From contig CANRLQ010000001.1 in NCBI GenBank assembly GCA_947631525.1, positions 1 through 35,418 on the forward strand: DNA of 35,418 nucleotides, in the 5' to 3' direction. The notes below the pieces were generated by a model. That model had not been told where the DNA came from, ran no database searches, and was given only the letters and a program-made list of their open reading frames with translations. Made by a program: the position numbers and the translations under genes. Shown here piece by piece: positions 16,036 through 23,833 of this stretch. Positions within the stretch are counted from its first letter, which is position 1. Every line of letters begins with the position of its first letter. The stretch comes from an uncultured Bacilli bacterium. GTDB taxonomy: Bacteria > Bacillota_I > Bacilli_A > RF39 > UBA660.

Positions 16036-16689
16036 CTATTTTAATTCATTTTTCTTATCATCTCTATATATAATTATACCACATACTACTATTATTAATG
16101 GTAAGATTATATAATAATATCTTTTATAACTATTTGTAATAATTTCAACCAATCTAGCCAATCCCTGTTTTTCAGCAACTGCTTCTTTTTCTTGTCTATT
16201 CTTTTCTAGTAAGTATTCATTTACTTTCTTTTTAAATTCAGCATCGGTAATGTTTAAATTTATCCATTTTCGACAATATTTATATTCTTGAATATCTTTA
16301 CATAATTCACTTTTATAGTATTTATTATAACTAGGTGTTTTAACATAAATAGTTCTTAACGAATCACTTATACAAACAAAACCTTTTGAATAAACTTCAT
16401 ATCGATACTCTTTGTTAGGTTTTAATCCTTTAACAGTAACATCTTTGTTTGAAGAATATATCTTACCATTTGAAGTATCTTTTATTAACAATTTTCCATT
16501 TAAATTAGTAAAAGTTATATCAAATGTAACATTATTATTAATTTCATTATAAGTATAACTATAAGCTACATTAGCAGATAATTTCTGAATTTCAGATATT
16601 TGTGAATCTAAACAATTTGCTGCTTTAATTTGATATGGAAAAAGTACTAATATAATTAATAGGAAAGAATTAACAAATATTCTTCTCAC
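16036..16689 (-). CDS. secreted FN3-like protein with a C-terminal TM anchor, cassette A
   Basis: I prefer the GTG start at 16689 (RBS GGAGGTG, and the -10 at 16722 leaves no room for the track ATG). It has a signal peptide and a TM anchor YYYIILPLIIVVCGIIIY. VTVKGLKPNKEYRYEVYS is an FN3-type strand signature. It is a paralogue of 23092..23739. Confidence 0.6.
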   Translation of the reverse strand: MRRIFVNSFLLIILVLFPYQIKAANCLDSQISEIQKLSANVAYSYTYNEINNNVTFDITFTNLNGKLLIKDTSNGKIYSSNKDVTVKGLKPNKEYRYEVYSKGFVCISDSLRTIYVKTPSYNKYYKSELCKDIQEYKYCRKWINLNITDAEFKKKVNEYLLEKNRQEKEAVAEKQGLARLVEIITNSYKRYYYIILPLIIVVCGIIIYRDDKKNELK

Positions 16690-16721
16690 AAATTGCACCT
16701 CCATACTCTACCTTAATATAG

Positions 16722-16730
16722 ATTATAACA
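16722..16730 (-). promoter_or_regulatory. extended -10 element TGTTATAAT inside cassette A
   Basis: The reverse complement of 16722..16730 is TGTTATAAT. It lies in the 58-nt gap between the 524-aa gene and the FN3-like gene. Confidence 0.4.
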
Positions 16731-16762
16731 TATTTTTAAAAGAAAAGAAACTAAAATTATAA

Positions 16763-18337
16763 TTATTTTAATTTATATCTGTAAATATTATTTCTAATAT
16801 TAAAAATTAAAGTAATGTTATTTGCTTTTTCTATTTCTTTATAAATTTCAAAATATAAATTTGAATCATTAACCATTTTAGGTTTAATAGGTTTGATTGT
16901 TTGATTCATAATTTTAGTTTCACCATTTATTGTATACTCTATACTACCATATTGATATACTAAATTTTCCAATTTTGAAAAGGTTAGCGGTAAATCTAAT
17001 GAATCAGAATCTACCTCACCATCTAATTTTAAGATTGTTTTTTCATAATTATCTGTATAACTTGGTACTAAATATTCATGTGAATTATAGATTATATTAT
17101 TTATATAATAATTATATCCAACATCCATTCTAGGTGAAATACCATATGAATCTATATATATTTTAAGATCTTTTACCAATTGATTATTTATTTCTAAAGT
17201 TTTACCAATACTTGATTCCTTTTTGTTATTAGAATTAAAGCTTTGAGGTTTAATTCTAATATTAATATAATTATTATTATAATTAGCAAATTTTAAAGTC
17301 ATCTTTTTATTTTTGTATTTTTTTGGTATTTCATATACAAGTAAATATTCGTTTTCTGTTTGACCTTTTATTTCTTCATTATTATAAGTATTTCCAATAT
17401 CAATCAAGTCTTTTTTATATTTTGTTGTATGAACAAAATTAATATCATTTACATTAAGAACAAATCGCTCAGTATTTAAACTACCTCTTTTATTACTATT
17501 GTTTTTTAATTTGAATTTAACGGTAACTATATAATTATCTGTTATTTTTCTATTTTTGTAATCAACATTTGTTATATAAACTTGTTGAGGTGTAAAATTA
17601 AGTAAATCACAATTAACCGATTCACCTAATTTATGAGCTCTATTTTTAACAAAGAAATTAAAATAGATAAAAATTGATAAAACAATTATGGTAAACAACA
17701 CAATAATATTGATAATAAGTTTATTTTCTTTATAAATATATTTAGCATTTCTAAGTTGTCTTTTTATATTTCTTTTTGTTTTATTTGAATCATAGTCTAA
17801 CTCAAATTCAAATTCTTCATTATCTTTTTCTGATATTTCAAAATTCATTTCTTTATCAAAGTCAAATTTTTTAACATCAAATCCTAATGCTCTTACTACA
17901 AAGAAAATAGAACTAATTGTTTGAAGAAGAAATAATACCAAACATATATCATCTATAATTTTTATAACTCTTATATCTACAACACCAATTTCAAGTGTTT
18001 TACATACAGAATATATATATAAATATATAAGTAAAATAAAAACATAAATTATTATATTGAAAATATAATATTTAATTGGTTTTTCTTTCCAATGTAACAA
18101 ATATATAATTATTGATATTAAGATTATTACAAATATAGGAATGATAAATATTAATGAATTAAATAATTGTTTAGTTAAATTAAATACTGATATAATTGAA
18201 CTAGATTGTAAATATTCATTAAAAAAATTTAAAATTGTATTTGTTTTTGTTAATAGATAAACGCTTAATATAGTAAGTATTAAATGAATTATTTTAAAAT
18301 ATTTTATTAAAAATTTATAAGGTTTTCTTAATACCAC
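16763..18337 (-). CDS. 5-TM membrane protein with an acidic cytoplasmic loop and a ~295-aa ectodomain, cassette A
   Basis: 524 aa with a GTG start and RBS AGGAGGG. I predict four N-terminal TMs, the loop EEFEFELDYD, a fifth TM and a beta-rich C-terminal domain. It is a paralogue of 23834..25417. Confidence 0.65.
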   Translation of the reverse strand: MVLRKPYKFLIKYFKIIHLILTILSVYLLTKTNTILNFFNEYLQSSSIISVFNLTKQLFNSLIFIIPIFVIILISIIIYLLHWKEKPIKYYIFNIIIYVFILLIYLYIYSVCKTLEIGVVDIRVIKIIDDICLVLFLLQTISSIFFVVRALGFDVKKFDFDKEMNFEISEKDNEEFEFELDYDSNKTKRNIKRQLRNAKYIYKENKLIINIIVLFTIIVLSIFIYFNFFVKNRAHKLGESVNCDLLNFTPQQVYITNVDYKNRKITDNYIVTVKFKLKNNSNKRGSLNTERFVLNVNDINFVHTTKYKKDLIDIGNTYNNEEIKGQTENEYLLVYEIPKKYKNKKMTLKFANYNNNYINIRIKPQSFNSNNKKESSIGKTLEINNQLVKDLKIYIDSYGISPRMDVGYNYYINNIIYNSHEYLVPSYTDNYEKTILKLDGEVDSDSLDLPLTFSKLENLVYQYGSIEYTINGETKIMNQTIKPIKPKMVNDSNLYFEIYKEIEKANNITLIFNIRNNIYRYKLK

Positions 18338-18533
18338 ACTATCCCTCCTAATTATAAATTATTATCTATTTTATCTAATTTATATATGTATTTGTTTCTT
18401 TTAAATTTTAATAAGTATTCCATTATATAATTTACGAATGAGTTTTTTCTAATATTGATACTTACATACTTTACTTGAAGTTTTTTAATATAACTTTGCC
18501 GACCCCTACTCTATTTACTATTATAAACTATTT

Positions 18534-18560
18534 AAAAAAAAAAGAAAAGTATTTTTTCTT
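18534..18560 (-). terminator. weak hairpin plus T-run after cassette B
   Basis: The minus strand reads AAGAAAA-AATAC-TTTTCTT followed by a T-run. The stem is almost entirely A/T, so it is weak. Confidence 0.25.
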
Positions 18561-18563
18561 TTT

Positions 18564-18965
18564 TTAATAAGGAAGTTCTAAAATAGCATCTATTTTGTTA
18601 TCAATAGTAACTTCTACTATTTCATTAGCCGCATTAGTTGATTTTGTCGCTCTAACTTGCAAACTAACTTTAGGTGGATATTCACTAATATCATATATAT
18701 CAATATAGTAATCGTTAGATAAAGAAGCAACTTCTGAATATCTTCTAACAAAACTCTCAATAAATTTTTCTCTATTAATTTTAACATTTCCTGTATTTGT
18801 ATAATTAACTTTATCTATTGAATCATACATAGCTGCTTCAGTTATTTCTTTTATCAATGTATAATTTTGTTGATCAACATTTGTAACATTTTGAAAGAAA
18901 AATACAAACAATATGGAAATAATTCCTAGTATCAATATCATCGATCCCCAAAATGATTCTTTCAT
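18564..18965 (-). CDS. 133-aa prepilin-like / N-terminally anchored protein, cassette B
   Basis: MKESFWG is followed by SMILILGIISILFVFFF. It shares DIYDISEYPPKVSL and TIDNKIDAILE with 11885..12286. Confidence 0.6.
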   Translation of the reverse strand: MKESFWGSMILILGIISILFVFFFQNVTNVDQQNYTLIKEITEAAMYDSIDKVNYTNTGNVKINREKFIESFVRRYSEVASLSNDYYIDIYDISEYPPKVSLQVRATKSTNAANEIVEVTIDNKIDAILELPY

Positions 18966-18979
18966 TTACTCATCTCTCC

Positions 18980-21900
18980 TTAATTATAACAATTATAAAA
19001 ATCTTTTTCTTTAGATGTACTACTCAATCCATTACAATTACCATTTTTATTATTAAGATTTTTTGATAGTATATTGATTTTATAATCTGTTAATTCACCA
19101 TGTAACAATTTACTTATACAAGCTGAAGAATCACTACTATTTAAACATTTTAAGTCAAAATTATCATAACTATTCTTTTCATTGTATTTTCTTATTGTTT
19201 TTATATCTTTTGAAGTAAGTTTTATTGTATAAAGAGGATTTTTACTATAAATTTTGCTTCCTTTACTATTTCTAGAATTTAATATTTTTTCCTTTACATA
19301 TTGTGAATCCCAGTTACTTCCAGGATATCTTCCATACAAGCTTGTATTACTAAACTTATTTGTTTTTCCATTTGTTTGTAACATTCCAGGAAATGGATTA
19401 TCTAAATCAATTGTTCTAAAGACAATACTGCTATTATAATTTGTTGAACATATAGCAGGTTCACATTCTCTTAAAACTTTATATAGATTTGCTCTATCAA
19501 TCGAATTAATATTTTTAGCTAAATTATTATCAGGCATATATCCATAATTTCTAAGTTTATTTATAACACAAATTTTAGGGTCTCCTGTTAATATTTTGTC
19601 ATTTGGGCAAAAGAAATTAACATCGCAGAAAGTCAAATTTCCATCACAATATTTATATTTAATATTCAATCTATCAGTAGCAACTGCTTCATTTTCCCAT
19701 TTACAATCACCGATGCATGTATTTTCACAAACAGGAATTGTTATATCAGAATCACAATAAGTTGCCTGTAAATCTGCACAGCTTTTATCACTACAACTAA
19801 ATGGTAAAATTTTGTCATAGTTCTTAGTACCAGATGGACACTTACAAACATCGGTTGTTGTAATATATGGTGCTACTTCATAATTACATGTATAATTACC
19901 TTGATTTACAATATCACCAATAATATTTGATGTACCCAAGTTAAAAACCTTTAATTTTAATTCATAAATAGTTGGAAAATCATCAGTAGAAGTTGATATA
20001 ACACCTTTACCTCTATCAAAGGTATTTATGTTTGGATAAGTAAGTATTTCACCACTTATTCTATTATAATATCTATTTACATTTTCATTCAATTTATATG
20101 TTATAACTCTATTTACAGAAACATTTCTATCTGCTGTTGTAAAACCATTCCATCCATCTGTAAAATTAGTTAAATCTTTCGCAATATCCAAAGAACCTTT
20201 ATACCAATGTTTTGATTTTTCCTCATTTACTGTACTACCTGCTTCTATTTGAACCGAAGGATTTTGATTGTTATTGAAGAAATCGCTAGGAGTAAATTTA
20301 TAACTACGACAATCTCCATCAGCTGTACTTCCTTCTCTAATGATAATCTTACATTTTTCTTTTATATTTATTTGAAGTGGATATGTTCCATTTACTGTTG
20401 GCCATTCAAAATAATTTCCACGTGGTATTATTTTAGAAACATTACCTGGAAAACTTAGATTAACTGTCTCTAAACAATATATATCACAATTACCAATTGT
20501 TTTTACATGTCTACCATTATATTTTGATGAACCTTCCTCACATGTATTATCTTCCACTTTTACTGATTCTTCATTATATGAAGCTTCATTATTCTTATCA
20601 GTATTAACACAAACTAATGAATTTGTAAGTGACTTATTACTTAATTTAACATCAAAACAACTTATTGGGCAATATCTTTGCTTACATTCCAAACTTGCTT
20701 CATTTATATCTACAACATCATCATCTGTTGAAGCATTAAGCTTATTTTTTATACAATCTTGATAATCCTTATCAGTTCTTCTATGATATTTACCATAATC
20801 ATCAATCGTTGCACATGGTGCATAACAATTATCCACTTTACACATATCAAGTGCTAATTGTGGTTCTATACCTTTTTTAATATTATCTTTATAACAATCA
20901 CTTATATTAGTTTTATTATTTGGATCTGAAGCTACAGCTTCATCATTCATACCATAAACACAAGATTTACTTTCTGTACAAGTATCGGCTATACATATAT
21001 TCTTAGCATCATCAAAACTAGGTTCCTTAGAACAACATTGTCCATTTTTTGCCATAAATGCCCCTGTACATTTATTAGTATAGTTTTGATTAACTAGAAA
21101 GTATCCTCCTTTGCAAGATGGATTCCAATCCGCAGTTGTATCATTTATTGTACACTTAGTATTATTATCAGTCATATGATAACCAGCTGCACAATATAAT
21201 TTTGTATTATCATATGCATAACAATATGGATAAGCTCCATTTTTACCAACTGCATATCCTGGTGGACAAACAAATTGGTCAGTTCTATCCAGTATACATG
21301 TACGTGTCCCTGAGACAAAAGTATAACCTTGTGGACAATTAGGCTTTACCCTACAATAACCTGTATCTGAATTATATTCATATCCAGATGGGCATTTTCT
21401 TTTTGAAGCATTATCTTTATAACATGTTGTTCCACTTTTTTGCCATCCACTCGAGCAAGAATATGTACATGAAAGTTTAGTAGCATCCCAACTTGTTGAA
21501 TATGTTGTATGTGAACAACATCTATTATTAGAATTATCACCAGAATTATGACATAACTTTCTAGATACAGATCCCCCATTATATCCCGCTGCCGCACAAT
21601 TAGCATAAACTCCTGCTGAAACTGAATGATATGTTGTAGATGATGTTGTTTGATAACAGCTATTACCACTTTTGTTCCATCCACTTGCACATGAGCATGT
21701 TTGAGTAGCATTTTTTGTTTTTCTACAAGTTTTTGCAGAACTATTCCAAGAAAATCCATCACCATTACATGTTGGCTGTACTCTACACCAAGTATTATTG
21801 CTATTCCAGCTAGTTCCACTAGGACAAGTAGCTGTACTAGAATATCTACATGCTGTACCAAGATATTGACCACCACTATTACATGATACTAAATTATTTG

Positions 21901-22333
21901 TAATTAAACATGTCCCACCACCATTTACAGAAGCAAAAGAACCTGCACTACAATTTATATTAGTTTTACTTACACCAACACAAGTAGTTCCACTAAGTAC
22001 ATAAGCAGTTGATGGACAAAAATATTCTTTATCATACATAGTTACTGGTGGATTATTAAATTCTTCATCAACACAACTAGTTATATTTAATTCCGATTTT
22101 GTTTGTGTATCAGTACAAAATATTTGTGAAGTTTGTTCACATTCTTCAGAAGAGTCTCCTAACCATATTAGACCTACACCATAACCTTTACTGCTATCAA
22201 TCAAATTATCTAAAGAAGCAACCCCACTAACTGAACTTAAAGAAAATGAAGAAAATTGTGTTTTTTTAGAATCGTAATACATATAATGTGAAATAGCATC
22301 TACATTTAATTCAAAGTCACTTTCTTTCATCAA
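18980..22333 (-). CDS. giant cysteine-rich protein B, main body (the frame stays open upstream to 22432; its N-terminus is in ORF 22402..23082)
   Basis: 1117 aa from the track, with no signal peptide. I hand-counted about 71 Cys. It contains 13 C-x-x-G-aromatic...C repeats plus the shared blocks YNGRHVKTIGNCDIYCLETVNLSFPGNV, YTCNYEV and IVFRTIDLDNPFPG...RYPGSNW. Confidence 0.75.
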   Translation of the reverse strand: MMKESDFELNVDAISHYMYYDSKKTQFSSFSLSSVSGVASLDNLIDSSKGYGVGLIWLGDSSEECEQTSQIFCTDTQTKSELNITSCVDEEFNNPPVTMYDKEYFCPSTAYVLSGTTCVGVSKTNINCSAGSFASVNGGGTCLITNNLVSCNSGGQYLGTACRYSSTATCPSGTSWNSNNTWCRVQPTCNGDGFSWNSSAKTCRKTKNATQTCSCASGWNKSGNSCYQTTSSTTYHSVSAGVYANCAAAGYNGGSVSRKLCHNSGDNSNNRCCSHTTYSTSWDATKLSCTYSCSSGWQKSGTTCYKDNASKRKCPSGYEYNSDTGYCRVKPNCPQGYTFVSGTRTCILDRTDQFVCPPGYAVGKNGAYPYCYAYDNTKLYCAAGYHMTDNNTKCTINDTTADWNPSCKGGYFLVNQNYTNKCTGAFMAKNGQCCSKEPSFDDAKNICIADTCTESKSCVYGMNDEAVASDPNNKTNISDCYKDNIKKGIEPQLALDMCKVDNCYAPCATIDDYGKYHRRTDKDYQDCIKNKLNASTDDDVVDINEASLECKQRYCPISCFDVKLSNKSLTNSLVCVNTDKNNEASYNEESVKVEDNTCEEGSSKYNGRHVKTIGNCDIYCLETVNLSFPGNVSKIIPRGNYFEWPTVNGTYPLQINIKEKCKIIIREGSTADGDCRSYKFTPSDFFNNNQNPSVQIEAGSTVNEEKSKHWYKGSLDIAKDLTNFTDGWNGFTTADRNVSVNRVITYKLNENVNRYYNRISGEILTYPNINTFDRGKGVISTSTDDFPTIYELKLKVFNLGTSNIIGDIVNQGNYTCNYEVAPYITTTDVCKCPSGTKNYDKILPFSCSDKSCADLQATYCDSDITIPVCENTCIGDCKWENEAVATDRLNIKYKYCDGNLTFCDVNFFCPNDKILTGDPKICVINKLRNYGYMPDNNLAKNINSIDRANLYKVLRECEPAICSTNYNSSIVFRTIDLDNPFPGMLQTNGKTNKFSNTSLYGRYPGSNWDSQYVKEKILNSRNSKGSKIYSKNPLYTIKLTSKDIKTIRKYNEKNSYDNFDLKCLNSSDSSACISKLLHGELTDYKINILSKNLNNKNGNCNGLSSTSKEKDFYNCYN
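21026..22018 (-). repeat. coding array of about 13 cysteine-bounded C-x-x-G-[YWF] modules (EGF / ephrin-receptor-like in look)
   Basis: Examples are CPSGTSWNSNNTWC, CNGDGFSWNSSAKTC, CASGWNKSGNSC, CSSGWQKSGTTC, CPSGYEYNSDTGYC, CPQGYTFVSGTRTC, CPPGYAVGKNGAYPYC, CAAGYHMTDNNTKC and CKGGYFLVNQNYTNKC. The array is absent from paralogue A. Confidence 0.7.
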
Positions 22334-22401
22334 ATAAGCTAATTCAGTTGGTGTACCAAAATAATATTTTTTTTCGGAATTAGAACTACTATTATATCCG
22401 A

Positions 22402-23082
22402 TTAAATTAATGGTTCTACTAATATATAATAATCATTTATACAATAATTAGATAAATCTCTATTAAAAGTTTGTTTTACATATAATTTTATACTGGTTTG
22501 ATTATAATTACCTTCTTTATCATAAACTATAGAATCAAAATATTTTATAACACTACTCCAATCTATAGAATTATTTTTATAATTTAAAGTAATACCTGTA
22601 GGTAATTTAGAAATATTATTATATGAATCTAATGCACTAACACCTTTTTCTTTATAACCATTAAAAATATTACTAGTATCTAATGTTAATTTTGATTTTT
22701 GACCAGATATATTATAATATACATTTTGAGTTTTTGATTTTTCATAATAATAATCCTGGCTATATCCAAATTGATTACCAAATGCTGAAACTAAACTTAC
22801 TCTAAATCCTAAAGCATTAACACTTTGTATCCACTCATTCGTTTTACTTGAATCCATATTAGTTACTGGGGAATTTGAAGTACCAATATTTAATTTATAT
22901 GGATCATTACTTTTTTCTGTCGATTCACTATCTTTTACATCATCTGATCTATTTGTTTCAGTCTTTTCTTCTCTATATAAAATTGAATCAATTTTATAAT
23001 TAGTACTTATATTGAAACTATATAAAGATATGACAAGAATAAAACAAAAATACAAAGTTAAGATTGTTAATAGTTTCTTCAT
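22402..23082 (-). CDS. N-terminal fragment of giant protein B (signal peptide or anchor plus first domain)
   Basis: The N-terminus is MKKLLTILTLYFCFILVISLYSF. The C-terminal DYYILVEPLI aligns with GYRIVIEPVV of protein A (aa ~152-161). The next frame continues LIGYNSSSNSEKKYYFGTPTEL, matching MNGNSGTIYYDTIKNV in A. Confidence 0.65.
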   Translation of the reverse strand: MKKLLTILTLYFCFILVISLYSFNISTNYKIDSILYREEKTETNRSDDVKDSESTEKSNDPYKLNIGTSNSPVTNMDSSKTNEWIQSVNALGFRVSLVSAFGNQFGYSQDYYYEKSKTQNVYYNISGQKSKLTLDTSNIFNGYKEKGVSALDSYNNISKLPTGITLNYKNNSIDWSSVIKYFDSIVYDKEGNYNQTSIKLYVKQTFNRDLSNYCINDYYILVEPLI

Positions 23083-23091
23083 TGTTACCTC

Positions 23092-23739
23092 CTACAGAAT
23101 TCTATCTTTTTGATCAAGCTTATAAATAATAATAACTAAAGAAATTATAATAAATGGAAGAAAAATAAAATAATAACTAGTATAAATTTTTATTAAATAA
23201 TATCTAACTTTCTGTAATAATGTTTCTGTTTCTTCAGGTTGTTCTTCTATACTAGGTTTTATACTTTCTTTGTATTCATCAACTTGCTTTTCAAATTTGT
23301 CTAAACTGATATTAACTTCTTGCCATTTTTGACATAATTTATATTTTTCAATTCCATTACATAATTCATTTTTATAATATTTATTATAATTGGGAAATTT
23401 GACATGTATTGTTCTAACTTTTCTATCACTACATACATTTGAAGGATATACATTAAAAACATACTCCTTACCAGATTTAAAATTATTTATAGTTAAATTA
23501 TCTCCCTTATAATATAAATTTCCATCTGAAGTATTTTCTATAACAAACCTACCATATAAATTGTTAAATGTTATATTAAAAATAGCTGTATCATTACTTT
23601 CTTTATAAGTATAATAATAATTTATGTTATTTGATAATGTTACGTAATTATTAAGCATATCATCTGAACAATAAGCCTTTATCCTAGATGGAAATAAAAT
23701 AACTATCAACAAAAAGCTTAAAAAATATACTTTTTTCAT
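23092..23739 (-). CDS. secreted FN3-like protein with a C-terminal TM anchor, cassette B
   Basis: I prefer the ATG at 23739 (RBS GAAGGA), because the -10 at 23772 makes the track GTG at 23763 implausible. It starts MKKVYFLSFLLIVILFPSRIKA, contains LTINNFKSGKEYVFNVYPS, and carries the TM anchor YYFIFLPFIIISLVIIIY. Confidence 0.6.
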   Translation of the reverse strand: MKKVYFLSFLLIVILFPSRIKAYCSDDMLNNYVTLSNNINYYYTYKESNDTAIFNITFNNLYGRFVIENTSDGNLYYKGDNLTINNFKSGKEYVFNVYPSNVCSDRKVRTIHVKFPNYNKYYKNELCNGIEKYKLCQKWQEVNISLDKFEKQVDEYKESIKPSIEEQPEETETLLQKVRYYLIKIYTSYYFIFLPFIIISLVIIIYKLDQKDRIL

Positions 23740-23771
23740 TTTATCAAATCCTTCGTATCCCACTATAATTT

Positions 23772-23780
23772 ATTATAACA
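23772..23780 (-). promoter_or_regulatory. extended -10 element TGTTATAAT inside cassette B
   Basis: The reverse complement of 23772..23780 is TGTTATAAT, immediately downstream of a strong terminator. Confidence 0.45.
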
Positions 23781-23790
23781 AAAAAGTAAT

Positions 23791-23828
23791 AAAAAAAAAA
23801 TACAATTTGGAGTTTAAATTGTATTTTT
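23791..23828 (-). terminator. strong rho-independent terminator after the 527-aa membrane protein gene
   Basis: Perfect 13-bp stem (aaaaatacaattt / aaattgtattttt) with a 7-nt loop, followed by about T10 on the minus strand. It starts 5 nt after the TGA at 23834. Confidence 0.7.
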
Positions 23829-23833
23829 TACGT

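Larger units (their letters stand above)
11885..18337 (-). repeat. cassette A of a tandem four-gene duplication (membrane protein, FN3-like, giant Cys-rich, 133-aa prepilin-like)
   Basis: Gene-by-gene paralogy with 18564..25417, in the same order and orientation. Confidence 0.8.

Noticed and set aside
17864-17983. Possible hidden prepilin peptidase. VVDIRVIKIIDD and LGFDVKKF in the 524/527-aa proteins resemble the D-x-R-x-x-I-P-N and G-x-G-D-x-K-L motifs of A24 (TadV/PilD) aspartic peptidases.
   Set aside because: Only one TM helix separates the two Asp-containing segments. By my topology estimate they face opposite sides of the membrane, whereas A24 enzymes place both catalytic Asp on the cytoplasmic face. 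The P-N and G-G residues are also missing. I treat this as chance resemblance unless a profile search says otherwise.
21346-21876. A 176-aa minus-strand ORF in an alternative frame inside giant gene B, together with the antisense 61-aa ORF at 21701..21886.
   Set aside because: It lies entirely within a much longer ORF that has paralogue support. Its H/Q/V/I-rich translation has no start context. The repetitive codon composition of the Cys-repeat region simply keeps other frames open.
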